Below, piece by piece: positions 27,174 through 38,881 of a stretch of DNA of 64,000 bases. The number at the start of each line of letters is the position of its first letter. Positions within the stretch are counted from its first letter, which is position 1. The translations under genes were made by a program, and so were the position numbers. Location: assembly GCA_036336835.1 (NCBI GenBank), contig JAYZFK010000093.1, forward strand, positions 1 through 64,000, read 5' to 3'. The DNA is from Myxococcota bacterium. GTDB lineage: Bacteria > Myxococcota_A > UBA9160 > UBA4427. The notes under the pieces are model-generated. The model did not search any database and was not told the origin of the DNA. It saw only the letters and a program-made list of their open reading frames with translations.

Positions 27174-28856
27174 TCACCCGCCTCGAGCGGCCAGGCCCTC
27201 GAGCCGTCGCTTTTCGAAGTCCGTCAGTCCGTCGCTCCAGAGCATTGTCTCCGCCTTCTCGAGCAGCTCCGCGAAGCCGGTCCGCTCGAGCGCCGACACG
27301 GCGACCGCGTCGTAGCGCCCGGCCAGAGTCTCGCCCATGCCCGGTGGCAGCTTGTCGACCTGGTTGAACACGAGCAGCTCGGGCAGCTCTTCCAGCCCGA
27401 TCTCTCCGATCACCCCGCGCACCACCTCGATGCGGCGTTCGAAGTCCTCGGCCGATGCGTCGACGACATGCAGCAGCAGGCTCGCGTCCTCGAGCTCTTC
27501 GAGCGTCGCCCGGAAGGCCTCGACCAGCTCGGCCGGGAGGTCGCGGATGAAGCCCACCGTGTCGGTGATGATGACCTCGCGATCGCGCGGAAAGCGCAGG
27601 CGTCGCGACACCGGATCGAGCGTCGCGAACATCTTGTCCTCGACGAGCACCTCGGTCTTCGTGAGCGCGCGAAGCAGTGTGCTCTTGCCCGCGTTCGTGT
27701 AGCCGACGATCGACAAGACCGGCACGCCGCGGCGATCGCGCCGACGCCGGCGGTTGCTGCGCTGGCCCGCGAGCTTGGCGAGATCGCGCTGCAGGCGTGT
27801 GATGCGATCTCGCGTGCGCCGGCGATCCATCTCGAGCTTCGTTTCACCGGGACCGCGCCCGCCGATCCCGCCCGCGAGCCGCGACAGCGAGAGATCGGCG
27901 CGCTGCGCCAGCCGGGGCAGCCGATATTGCAGCTGCGCGAGTTCGACCTGAAGCTTGCCGTCCCGCGTCTTGGCGTGCTGAGCGAAGATGTCGAGAATCA
28001 GCTGCGTGCGGTCGATTACGCACAGCTCCATGCGGTCGGCCAGGTTGCGCGCCTGAGTGGGCGTGAGGTTCTGATCGAAGATCACGAGATCGGCGTCCTG
28101 CTGGAAGCTGCGGATCGCGAGATCGTCGAGCTTGCCGCGTCCGATGACGGTCTTCGGATCCGGACGAGGTTTGAACTGAGTCACGGTGTCGACGACCTCG
28201 ACGCCCGCGGAACGCGCCAGCTCGCACAGCTCGTCCATATCGGTCTCGAGCTCCTCGCGCCGCCGCCCGGCGGTCACCGCGACCAGGATCGCGCGCTCGC
28301 CGTCGCCCACCTCGCGCCCGGTGTCGAGGCGGGCGAGGTCCGCCTCGAGGTCTCGCATCAACGCCTGGAAGTCGACGGCGAGCTCCGCTGGCGGAGCCGG
28401 ATCCAGTCGCTCGGTCGGGTCTTCGCCGTCACTGCGTGTGGCGCGCAGCGTGGCCGTGTGCGTGAGCCCCGGCAGGCCGTTCTGGCCGACGGCGATCGTG
28501 ACCATCGCGTCGAGTCGCAGCAGCGCGAGGTCCGTCAGGTCGTCACGCGTCAGGCCCTCGCCGGCGAGATGGGTGTGGATGCATCGGATGCCGCGCAGCC
28601 GCCCGCGACCGGCGCGCAGGCGGCCCCAGTCGGGCAGCTCGATGCCGTGCGGGCCACCGACCATGACGTGGGTCACCTGCCCGCGGCGGTCGACCAGCAC
28701 GCCGACCTGGCGACGGATCTCGTGACTCAGCTCGCTGAGCTCGCGTGCGAGTTCGTTGTTCAGAAGCCGATCCGCCGGCAATCGCCGCCGGAACAATCGG
28801 TCGAGTCGCTTGGCTTGCCCGGCCTTCAGGCCGTGCGTGTTCCCGTAGATCTGGAT
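27174..28856 (-). CDS. hflX: ribosome-splitting GTPase HflX, long form, with apparent ATC start
   Basis: IHTH N-domain, GPGETKLE, VGYTNAGKST, FATLDP, DTVGFI, NQVD; N-terminal IQIYGNTHGLK has no canonical start after an in-frame TGA. Confidence 0.93.
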   Translation of the reverse strand: MQIYGNTHGLKAGQAKRLDRLFRRRLPADRLLNNELARELSELSHEIRRQVGVLVDRRGQVTHVMVGGPHGIELPDWGRLRAGRGRLRGIRCIHTHLAGEGLTRDDLTDLALLRLDAMVTIAVGQNGLPGLTHTATLRATRSDGEDPTERLDPAPPAELAVDFQALMRDLEADLARLDTGREVGDGERAILVAVTAGRRREELETDMDELCELARSAGVEVVDTVTQFKPRPDPKTVIGRGKLDDLAIRSFQQDADLVIFDQNLTPTQARNLADRMELCVIDRTQLILDIFAQHAKTRDGKLQVELAQLQYRLPRLAQRADLSLSRLAGGIGGRGPGETKLEMDRRRTRDRITRLQRDLAKLAGQRSNRRRRRDRRGVPVLSIVGYTNAGKSTLLRALTKTEVLVEDKMFATLDPVSRRLRFPRDREVIITDTVGFIRDLPAELVEAFRATLEELEDASLLLHVVDASAEDFERRIEVVRGVIGEIGLEELPELLVFNQVDKLPPGMGETLAGRYDAVAVSALERTGFAELLEKAETMLWSDGLTDFEKRRLEGLAARGG

Positions 28857-29101
28857 GGGTGGTCTCCCCGTCTCGCGGCGTCAGGCGCGGGCCCCCCGCC
28901 CGGGTGGCGGCTCGAGCGTGGGCCCAAGCATACCGAGCAGCGTCGGTCCGCCGTCGTCCCGATCAGCAGACAAATCGGATCCCCGCGGGGGTCGAGCCTG
29001 GAGTCGCGCCATGGGTGTACATTTTCGACCCGCGCCCGCTCTCCGGGACTGCAACCGGAGCTTCATGGCTAGCGTCAGAGCTTCCGAAGAGTAGGAGCAG
29101 G

Positions 29102-30499
29102 ATGTCCGACCGATCGAAGGCTTCGCCGCCGCTCTGCGTGATCGTGCTCGCCGCCGGTCGGGGCACGCGCATGAAGTCGCGCCGCGCCAAGGTGCTCCAC
29201 GAGATCGCGGGGCGGCCGCTGCTCGGTCACGTGCTCGCCAGCGCAGAGCAGATCGGCGCAGAGCCGCTGTTCGTGGTGGTGGGCCGCGATGCCGAGGAGG
29301 TCGAGCAGACCTTCGCCGGCCGCGCCGAGTTCGTGGTGCAGGCCGAGCAGAACGGAACCGGCCACGCGGTCCAGCAGGTGCTGCCGAAGCTGGGCGACTA
29401 CCGCGGCGACGTGCTGATCTTGTACGCCGACACGCCGCTGATTCGGCCCGTGTCGCTCGAGGCCATGCGGCGGCGGCGCGCCGAGACGGACGCAGACCTG
29501 GTGATGTTGACGTCGCCCGAGCCGCTTCCCGGTGTCGTCGTGCGAGACGAGCAGGGTCGCGTGCAGCGCATCGTCGAGCTGGTCGACGCGACGCCCGAAG
29601 AGGCGACGATCCGCGAGGGCAACTCCGGGGTCTACCTGATGGGGGCCGAGCTGTTGCGCGAGGGGCTGGCGACCCTCGACACCGACAACACACAGGGCGA
29701 GCTCTACCTCACGGACGTGGTCTCCTTTGCGTGCGCGCGCGGTGGGCGCGTCGAGGCAATCCAGCTCGAGAGCGCCGACGAATGCCTCGGCGTGAACACG
29801 CGGGCCGAGCTCGCCGCTGTCGCCGCAGCCCTGCGCAAGCGCAAGGCACTCGAGCTGATGGCCGACGGCGTCAGCATCGTGGATCCCGACCACACCTACA
29901 TCGACGTCGACGTGCGGATCGGTCGCGATTCGCTGATCGAGCCCGGCTGCGTGATCCAGGGCGAATCGGTGCTCGGCGAGGGCGTCCACGTCAAGCCCCA
30001 CTGCACGATCGAGTCGAGCCGTCTCGACGACGACGTCGTGATCGGGCCGAGTGCGCACCTGCGCCCCGGCAGCCACCTGATGCAGGGCGTGCGGGTCGGC
30101 AACTACGTGGAGATCAAGAACAGCGTGCTCGGGCCCGGCGTGAAGGCCGACCACCTGTCCTACATCGGCGACGCCGAGGTGGGTGAGGGCTCGAGCTTTG
30201 GCTGCGGCGCGATCACGGTCAACTACGACTGGGACGCGAAGCACAAGACGATCGTCGGCAAGGGCAGCAAGATCGGCTGCAACGCGAACCTGATCGCGCC
30301 CGTCACGATCGGTGACTCGGTCGCCGTCGCCGCCGGCTCGACCATCACTGGAGACGTGCCCGACGATGCGCTTGCGGTCGAGCGCGGCAAGCAGCGCAAC
30401 ATCGAGGGCTGGACCGCGCGTCGCCAGGGTCGTGAGCCCGTGGGCGAGGACACCGCAGAGGACACGGTGGATCAGAACGCCCCCGGGAAGCGGCGCTAG
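29102..30499 (+). CDS. glmU: bifunctional UDP-GlcNAc pyrophosphorylase / glucosamine-1-P acetyltransferase
   Basis: LAAGRGTRMKS, GTGHAV, GELYLTD, GNYVEIK, HLSYIGDA, NYD and hexapeptide repeats; AGGAG SD. Confidence 0.96.
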   Translation: MSDRSKASPPLCVIVLAAGRGTRMKSRRAKVLHEIAGRPLLGHVLASAEQIGAEPLFVVVGRDAEEVEQTFAGRAEFVVQAEQNGTGHAVQQVLPKLGDYRGDVLILYADTPLIRPVSLEAMRRRRAETDADLVMLTSPEPLPGVVVRDEQGRVQRIVELVDATPEEATIREGNSGVYLMGAELLREGLATLDTDNTQGELYLTDVVSFACARGGRVEAIQLESADECLGVNTRAELAAVAAALRKRKALELMADGVSIVDPDHTYIDVDVRIGRDSLIEPGCVIQGESVLGEGVHVKPHCTIESSRLDDDVVIGPSAHLRPGSHLMQGVRVGNYVEIKNSVLGPGVKADHLSYIGDAEVGEGSSFGCGAITVNYDWDAKHKTIVGKGSKIGCNANLIAPVTIGDSVAVAAGSTITGDVPDDALAVERGKQRNIEGWTARRQGREPVGEDTAEDTVDQNAPGKRR

Positions 30500-30535
30500 C
30501 GGCGCTGCAGAGCCGGGACGGAGGAAGAACCCGCC

Positions 30536-32371
<1,836 letters not shown>

Positions 32372-32565
32372 CGGCCAGCGCCGCGACGCGCCGTCAGTGT
32401 GAGCACGGCCTCGCCGCTGGGCAGCCAGCGCGCGGGGTCAAGCCAGCGGGAAGAGCCGATCGTGGGATGGACGCGATCGCGCCGACACACGATGATACGT
32501 GGGAGTCGCCCAGGCGCTGAAATCGTCAGCTGCCCGCCGACTCCGAAACCGCCTGGGAGGATCCG

Positions 32566-33435
32566 ATGCGGCTCGACCGAATGATCTTGATCACCTGCCT
32601 GCTGATCGGCTCCCCGGCGGTCGCGCCGGCTGATCACCACGCGGCTGCTACGGCCGACGGCGGCGCCTTCGACCTCGACGATGCGCTGGCGGGCGACTGG
32701 CGGAGCGAGGCCGATCGCGCGCGCGACTCGCAGCGCCATCCGCGCGAGGCGCTCGAATTCTTTGGCCTCGCGCCGGGGATGACTGTCGTCGAGTTGTCGC
32801 CCGGTGGCGGCTGGTACACCAAGATCCTCGCACCCTACGTCAATCGGACGGGCGGCATGTTCATCGCCGCTGGCTTCGATCCCAACGACGAGCGCGAGTA
32901 CGCGCAGCGCGGCCGCCGCGCCTTCCAGGAGAACTTCGTCGACCGGCCCGAGACGTACGGCAAGATCGCGGTCACCGTCGTCGGCGCGAGCTCCGAGGGC
33001 GTCGCGCCCGACGGCAGCGCCGATCTCGTGCTCACCTTCCGGAACGTCCACAACTGGGTGCCCGCTGGTGATGCCCTGAAGGTGTTCGCCGATGCGTTTC
33101 GCGCGCTCAGGCCCGGTGGTGTGTTCGGGGTGGTCGATCACCGCCTGCCGGAGGACCGAGAGGCGAACCCGAAGCTCCGCTCGGGATATGTCCACGAATC
33201 GGTCGTCGTCGCGCTCGCGCAACAGGCCGGCTTCGTGCTCGAGGCCGACTCGGCGGTCAACCGCAATGCCGCCGACACGGCGGACCATCCGTTCGGTGTC
33301 TGGACGCTCAAGCCCAGTGCGCGGACCGCGGCGTTTGGCGAGCCGGACGATCCGGCCTTCGACCGCGCGCCCTTCGACGCGATCGGCGAGAGCGACCGCT
33401 TCACCCTGCGCTTCCGCAAGCCGCAGGGCTCCTAG
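32566..33435 (+). CDS. exported class I SAM-dependent methyltransferase-like protein (COG4798-like)
   Basis: Signal peptide; RD..RHP.E.L.FFG, VELSPGGGWYT, TFRNVHNW and IGESDRFTLRFRKP motifs. Confidence 0.85.
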   Translation: MRLDRMILITCLLIGSPAVAPADHHAAATADGGAFDLDDALAGDWRSEADRARDSQRHPREALEFFGLAPGMTVVELSPGGGWYTKILAPYVNRTGGMFIAAGFDPNDEREYAQRGRRAFQENFVDRPETYGKIAVTVVGASSEGVAPDGSADLVLTFRNVHNWVPAGDALKVFADAFRALRPGGVFGVVDHRLPEDREANPKLRSGYVHESVVVALAQQAGFVLEADSAVNRNAADTADHPFGVWTLKPSARTAAFGEPDDPAFDRAPFDAIGESDRFTLRFRKPQGS

Positions 33436-34805
33436 CGCAGCGGCGACAGCTGGGCGCCCTCGCACATCCCCAGCGCACCCGCCATCAATGCTTCTTCGCG
33501 TCGGGCGAAGCGGTAGAAGTACTGGATCAACTCCGCGTCGCGTTCGGGGCCGGCGCTGCGCACGAGCCGGTCGAGCTCGCGCTGGCCGTCCACGACGCTC
33601 GCGGGTCGCTTGCCCAACAGCGTTGCGAGATCGTCGAGCTCCTGAGCGTCGAATGCGGACCCCAGGGTCTCTGCGTTCTGCAGGTGCCGAGCCATCCGGG
33701 AGGTGAACCACATTCGATTCTTCAGGAAGGGATCCGCGATGGCCGGCGCCTGCTCCTGCTCGAGGTTCTCGACCAGGATGTCGTAGTAGCGCGAGAAGCG
33801 TGTCGGCCGGGGAGCGGGGAGATCGACCTCGGAGAGCTCGGCGCCAATCGCTTCGGCGAGCGCCTGCGCCGTGGTGCGCAGGTAGAAGACGTACTGGGCG
33901 ATCCACTCCGCGTGCTCGGTGCGCGCGTTCAGGTTCTCGACCACAGGGGCGAGCGCCATGGGGACGAGTGCCTGGGTCTTGACGTTGTAGAAGTGAAGAC
34001 ACTCGTAGTCGATCTCGCGACCCGACAGCTCGCTGTAGCGCGCGATCCGCTCGGGAAAGCGCCCGATCGGGTAGTAGAGATCGCGTGAGCGAAGGCAGGC
34101 GATGTCGGTCATCGGATCGCTCAGGTGTGCGAGCTCGAAGTCGACCAGCGCCGAGACCCTGCCTTCGTGGAAGAGCAGGTTTCCCGGTCCGGTGTCGCCC
34201 TGGACCAGCACGGGCGCGACCTGCCTCTGCGGCACGTTGCGTCGGAGCCAGTGGCAGGCGAAGGTGATCAGCGGCACCGGCTCTTTGATGGCCGCCTCGT
34301 AGGTCGACTGCCAGACCTCGAGGTCGTTGAGTGCGATCTCTTCCGGGGTCTCGGGGATGCGCAGCCCGGCCCGCTCGAATCGCTTCGGGTCGATCGCGTG
34401 GAGCTGGGCCAGCAGCTCGAGGAAGTGCTCGGCGACCGATTCGCGCTCGGCCTCGTCTTCGAGCTCGTTGAAGTTGTCGCGTCCCTCGACGTGGGCGAGC
34501 ACTGCCGCCTGGGGCTCCTCGTGGAAGGCGAGGACCTCGGGAACCGGGACCCCCTCGGAGTGGAGTACACGCAGGATCTCGGCCTCGCGTCGCGTCGAGT
34601 ACACGCTGGTGTACGAAAACGAGCGGTCGCGCGTGCCGCGCACGTACGTTCGGAGCTGGCGCCCCGCGACGTCGAGGTCGACGAACCACGCGAAGCGCCC
34701 GCCGGACTCTCGTCCCTGGCGCTCGCGGCGCACGATCCTCCCGCCGAAGGTCTCCTCCAGCCAGGGGAACAACGGCTCCCAGCGCGCCAGCTCGTCTTCA
34801 CTCAC
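33432..34805 (-). CDS. APH/choline-kinase-like phosphotransferase family protein
   Basis: RE..IL..L...GVPVPEV, LVQGDTGPGNLLF catalytic loop, LVDFELAH; start set at GTG 34805. Confidence 0.82.
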   Translation of the reverse strand: MSEDELARWEPLFPWLEETFGGRIVRRERQGRESGGRFAWFVDLDVAGRQLRTYVRGTRDRSFSYTSVYSTRREAEILRVLHSEGVPVPEVLAFHEEPQAAVLAHVEGRDNFNELEDEAERESVAEHFLELLAQLHAIDPKRFERAGLRIPETPEEIALNDLEVWQSTYEAAIKEPVPLITFACHWLRRNVPQRQVAPVLVQGDTGPGNLLFHEGRVSALVDFELAHLSDPMTDIACLRSRDLYYPIGRFPERIARYSELSGREIDYECLHFYNVKTQALVPMALAPVVENLNARTEHAEWIAQYVFYLRTTAQALAEAIGAELSEVDLPAPRPTRFSRYYDILVENLEQEQAPAIADPFLKNRMWFTSRMARHLQNAETLGSAFDAQELDDLATLLGKRPASVVDGQRELDRLVRSAGPERDAELIQYFYRFARREEALMAGALGMCEGAQLSPLR

Positions 34806-34825
34806 GGATATATCCCCCCCCGACG

Positions 34826-35998
34826 CTAACGCGCCTCGAAGCGGATCCGCAGGCTGCGCGGCCCGCGGAAGATTGCCCCTCGCGCGGTCGGCTCGGCCCC
34901 GGCGGCCAGCCGCAGATTTGCCAGCCGCTCGAACACCGCGCGCAGCACCACCTCCATTTCTGCGCGGGCCAGGTGTGAGCCCAGGCAATGGTGCGTCCCC
35001 GCCCCGAAGGCGAGCGATGCGCGCTCGGTTCGGTCGATGTCGAACAGCTCGGGGTCGTCGAACACCGCGGGGTCCCGGTTGGCCGAGGCCAGGCCGAATA
35101 GCACCCAGGCATCCGGCGGGATCTCCAGCTCCGCGATGCGCGCTCCCCGGCTCGACGCGACCCGCGGCTGCAGCGCGACCGCGGGCTCGAATCGCAGGCC
35201 TTCCTCGACCGCGCGCTGTCGCGCGCCGGCGTCGTGCCGAAGTGAGTCGTGGAGCGCTGGGTGCGCGATCACGTTCATCAGCAGGTTGCCCAGTGCGAGA
35301 TACGTGGTATCCGCACCCGCCGGGAACAGCAGCCGGACGAACGAGAAGATCTCCTCGTCTGCCAGCGGCGTGCCGTCGACCTCGGCCGACGCAAGACGCG
35401 AGAGCCAGTCGTCTTCGGGTGCGCGTCGGCGCTGGGCCAGGACGGGTGCCAGGTACCGGGTAAAGCCAGCCCGTGCCGCCCGTGCGCCTTCGGGATCGAT
35501 GCGGTGGCTGAGCAGGCCGTGCGCCCAGCCCTGGAGCACGGCCTCGTCCCCCTCCGGCAGACCGAGCAGGGAGCGGATCACCGCGAAGGGGAACGGGCGG
35601 GTCAAGTCGCGGACGAGGTCGGCCTCACCGGACGAGGCGAAGCGCTCGATGAGCTCCCTGGCCAGCGGCTCCAGCAGGGTCGGAACCAGCTCGGCGATGG
35701 CGCTCGGAGAGAACCACGGTGCCACCAGCGCGCGCTGGCGACGGTGCTCTTGCGGCGCCATGCACTGCATCGTCCGGCCCTGCGCCGGCTCGGCAAAGCG
35801 TCGATACGCGGCCTCCGCGGGAAAGGTCGGGTCGTTGCGGAGTGCAGCGGCCAGATCGACGTGACGCAGGATCAACCAGGCGTCACCGCCGTCGTAGCGG
35901 ACGCGCGCGATCCGGTGTCGCCCGCGAAGTTCCGCCAGCACCGCGTGTAGATCCGGCAGCGGGTCGCGGCCGAAGTCGACATCCAACGAATCTGCCAA
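34826..35998 (-). CDS. cytochrome P450 (soluble bacterial type)
   Basis: H.RQR, PAGADTT, EEGLR, SANRDP and heme motif FGAGTHHCLG; start TTG 35998 or ATG 36049. Confidence 0.93.
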   Translation of the reverse strand: MADSLDVDFGRDPLPDLHAVLAELRGRHRIARVRYDGGDAWLILRHVDLAAALRNDPTFPAEAAYRRFAEPAQGRTMQCMAPQEHRRQRALVAPWFSPSAIAELVPTLLEPLARELIERFASSGEADLVRDLTRPFPFAVIRSLLGLPEGDEAVLQGWAHGLLSHRIDPEGARAARAGFTRYLAPVLAQRRRAPEDDWLSRLASAEVDGTPLADEEIFSFVRLLFPAGADTTYLALGNLLMNVIAHPALHDSLRHDAGARQRAVEEGLRFEPAVALQPRVASSRGARIAELEIPPDAWVLFGLASANRDPAVFDDPELFDIDRTERASLAFGAGTHHCLGSHLARAEMEVVLRAVFERLANLRLAAGAEPTARGAIFRGPRSLRIRFEAR

Positions 35999-36114
35999 GG
36001 CTCGAGATCCCCCGGGTCCGGGAGTCGAAGGATACTGCGGGAAGTGCATGCGCTGGTGAACGAGTGGCCGCCACGCGCTAGCCTCGTCGGTCCCCCGGGC
36101 CGCTGGAGCACAGT

Positions 36115-38334
36115 GTGGAAGGCTTCGCCGGCATCTTCGACGGTTTGAATCCCGGTCAGCGCGAGGCGGTGGAGACCACCGAGGGCCCGCTGCTCGTGCT
36201 CGCTGGAGCGGGCAGCGGCAAGACACGGGTACTGACCCATCGCATCGCGCACCTGATCGGCGGCTGCGGCATTCCGCCCGACTCGATCCTGGCGGTCACG
36301 TTCACCAACAAGGCCGCGGGCGAGATGCGCGACCGCGTCGAGAAGCTGCTCGGCCCCGTCGCGTACGGGCTCTGGGTGGGCACCTTCCACTCGACCTGTG
36401 TCCGGATCCTGCGCCGCGAGATCGGTCACCTCGACCGCTCGCGCGGCTTCGTGATCTACGACGACAGCGACACGCTTGCGGTGATCAAGGAGGTGCTGCG
36501 GCGCCACCGGCTCGATCCGAAGACACACGATCCGAGGCGTCTGCGCTGGCGCATCGACCAGTGGAAGAACCAGGGCATGCTGCCGGCGGGCGCCATCGCC
36601 GAGGCGGCCGATCTCGACGACGAGCTGTCGGCAGAGCTCTACGTCTCCTACCAACGCCTGCTGGCCGACTCGAACGCGCTCGACTTCGGCGATCTGCTGC
36701 TACTCACCGTCGAGCTGTTCCGGCACCACCCCGAAGTGCTCGCCCACTACCAACGGCGTTGGCAGTACGTACTGGTCGACGAGTATCAGGACACGAACCG
36801 AGTCCAGTACCAGCTGGTGCGCATGCTCGCGGCCGATCACGGGAACCTGTGTGCGGTCGGCGATCCCGATCAGTCCGTCTACGCCTGGCGTGGCGCCGAC
36901 ATCCGCAACATCCTCGACTTCGAGCACGACTACGACGACGCGAAGGTCGTAAAGCTCGAGCAGAACTACCGCTCGACCCAGCCCATTCTGTCCGGAGCGT
37001 CGGCGGTGGTGGCCAACAACGCCGGCCGCAAGGAAAAGCAGATGTTCACCGATCGGGTCGAGGGGGCTGCGATCCGCCGGTTCGAAGCCTACGACGATCG
37101 CGATGAGGCCCAGTTCGTGGTGAGCTGCATCCTCGGGGGCAGCCGCGAGGGCGAGCGTTCCTTGGGCGACTACGCGGTGCTGTATCGCACCAATGCGCAG
37201 TCGCGCGTCTTCGAGGAGGAGCTGCTGAAGTACGACGTACCCTACGTCGTCGTCGGCGGCGTTCGCTTCTACGACCGAGCCGAGATCAAGGATGTGCTCG
37301 GCTACCTGAAGCTGGTCGCCAACCCGCGAGACGATCAGGCGCTGCGCCGCGTGGTGAACCGTCCGACGCGCGGCATCGGCAAGACGACGATCGACCGCGC
37401 CCAGGAGCTCGCCGAACGCGAGAGCCTTCCGCTCTACGACGCGCTCGGGCGGCTGGTCGAGACCGGCGGCGCGGGCCGCAGCGCCAAGCGCGTCGTTGCG
37501 TTCCTCGACCTGATGGCGGAGCTGTCGCGCGAGCTACCGGATCGGCGCGTCGACGAGGCGATCGCACTCGTGCTCGATCGCAGTGGCACCCTCGCCGCGC
37601 TCGCCCGGGAGGCGACGCCTGAAGCCGAAGCGCGTCTCGACAATCTGAAGGAGCTGGTCAGCAGCGCCGAGGACTTCCACTCGCTCAACGCGCTCGCACC
37701 GGACGACGAACGCAGTGAACTCGAGTTGTTCCTGGATCAGGTCGCGTTGATCTCGGACCTCGACAGCTACGAGCAGCGCGAAGATCGCGTGTCGCTGATC
37801 ACGGCACACTCGGCCAAGGGGCTCGAGTTCCCGGTCGTGTTCATGGCCGGGATGGAGGAGGGAATCTTTCCACACGGCTCGTCCGCGAGGAGCGATGAGG
37901 GGATCGAGGAAGAACGGCGTCTCTGCTACGTCGGAATGACGCGGGCGATGGACGAGCTCACGCTGTGCTGGGCCTCCGAGCGGCGCCGCTACGGCGAGCG
38001 GAGCTATCAACGGATCTCGCGCTTCCTGCAGGAGATCCCCGACGAGTTCGTCGAGGTCTTCCAGTCGAGTGCTCTGGAGCGCGCGGCTGGCGACCGACGC
38101 AGAGATTTCGACGAGTACGCGCAGGACGAGCCCTCGATCGAACACTCCTTCACTCAGGAGGGGTCCGAGGAGTTCGCAATTCGCAAGGGCATGCGGCTGC
38201 GCCACCCCGTGTTCGGCCTCGGCAGCGTCGTTGCGGTGATCGGCAACGGGCCCGATCAGAAGCTGCGCATCAAATTCGATCGAGCGGGAGTGAAGACGGT
38301 GATGCTGCGCTTTGCAAGCCTCGAGCCGGCCTGA
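36115..38334 (+). CDS. pcrA: PcrA/UvrD family DNA helicase
   Basis: AGAGSGKT, TFTNKAA, VDEYQDTN, VGDPDQS, QNYRST, KGLEF, EERRLCYV and C-terminal H..FG.G Tudor-like domain. Confidence 0.96.
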   Translation: MEGFAGIFDGLNPGQREAVETTEGPLLVLAGAGSGKTRVLTHRIAHLIGGCGIPPDSILAVTFTNKAAGEMRDRVEKLLGPVAYGLWVGTFHSTCVRILRREIGHLDRSRGFVIYDDSDTLAVIKEVLRRHRLDPKTHDPRRLRWRIDQWKNQGMLPAGAIAEAADLDDELSAELYVSYQRLLADSNALDFGDLLLLTVELFRHHPEVLAHYQRRWQYVLVDEYQDTNRVQYQLVRMLAADHGNLCAVGDPDQSVYAWRGADIRNILDFEHDYDDAKVVKLEQNYRSTQPILSGASAVVANNAGRKEKQMFTDRVEGAAIRRFEAYDDRDEAQFVVSCILGGSREGERSLGDYAVLYRTNAQSRVFEEELLKYDVPYVVVGGVRFYDRAEIKDVLGYLKLVANPRDDQALRRVVNRPTRGIGKTTIDRAQELAERESLPLYDALGRLVETGGAGRSAKRVVAFLDLMAELSRELPDRRVDEAIALVLDRSGTLAALAREATPEAEARLDNLKELVSSAEDFHSLNALAPDDERSELELFLDQVALISDLDSYEQREDRVSLITAHSAKGLEFPVVFMAGMEEGIFPHGSSARSDEGIEEERRLCYVGMTRAMDELTLCWASERRRYGERSYQRISRFLQEIPDEFVEVFQSSALERAAGDRRRDFDEYAQDEPSIEHSFTQEGSEEFAIRKGMRLRHPVFGLGSVVAVIGNGPDQKLRIKFDRAGVKTVMLRFASLEPA

Positions 38335-38432
38335 GACGTCGCCGTGTCTCCCGCGAGGGCGCGGCGCCCGGTCGGGCGGATCGAGTCCGCGAGCCGGGTC
38401 TGGTGTGCGGCACGGCGCTCGACCTCGAACGC

Positions 38433-38846
38433 TCAGGCGGTTGGCGGGCCCTTCAGCTCGACCACGTTGCCGTCGGGATCGCGGATGTACATCGACGGTC
38501 CCATCCCCGCGGCGCCATAGCGTTTCGCGACGTCGCCGGGCTCGATGCCGTGGGCTTCGAGGTGCTTGCGCAGGGCGGGCTCGTCGAAGTCCTCGAGCGC
38601 CAGAGCGAAATGATCGACGTTGCGCCCCTCGTCTCCGGGCCCGCTACCACCTGCCACGCCGAGCGGTGAGTCGAGCGGCACCAGGTCGATCAAGCTCGTG
38701 CCCGCGCGCAGCTGGATCAGGCCGATCGCATCGCTGCGTCGCTCCACTGCGCAACCGAGTGCGTCCCGATAGAAGCGCAGCGCGGCCTCGAGATCGCACA
38801 CTCGCAGTACCACATGGTCGAGTCCGCGCAGCGTGATGGGGTTCAT
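38433..38846 (-). CDS. VOC/glyoxalase family protein
   Basis: LDHVVLRV, FYRDALG, DHFAL and YIRDPDGNVVEL motifs; GAGG SD. Confidence 0.92.
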   Translation of the reverse strand: MNPITLRGLDHVVLRVCDLEAALRFYRDALGCAVERRSDAIGLIQLRAGTSLIDLVPLDSPLGVAGGSGPGDEGRNVDHFALALEDFDEPALRKHLEAHGIEPGDVAKRYGAAGMGPSMYIRDPDGNVVELKGPPTA

Positions 38847-38881
38847 CGGCACCTCGGTCTGGGGGTATCCTACGCCCCGAC

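Noticed and set aside
30500..30535. glmS ribozyme upstream of glmS
   Set aside because: Only 36 bp separate glmU and glmS, too short for the ribozyme
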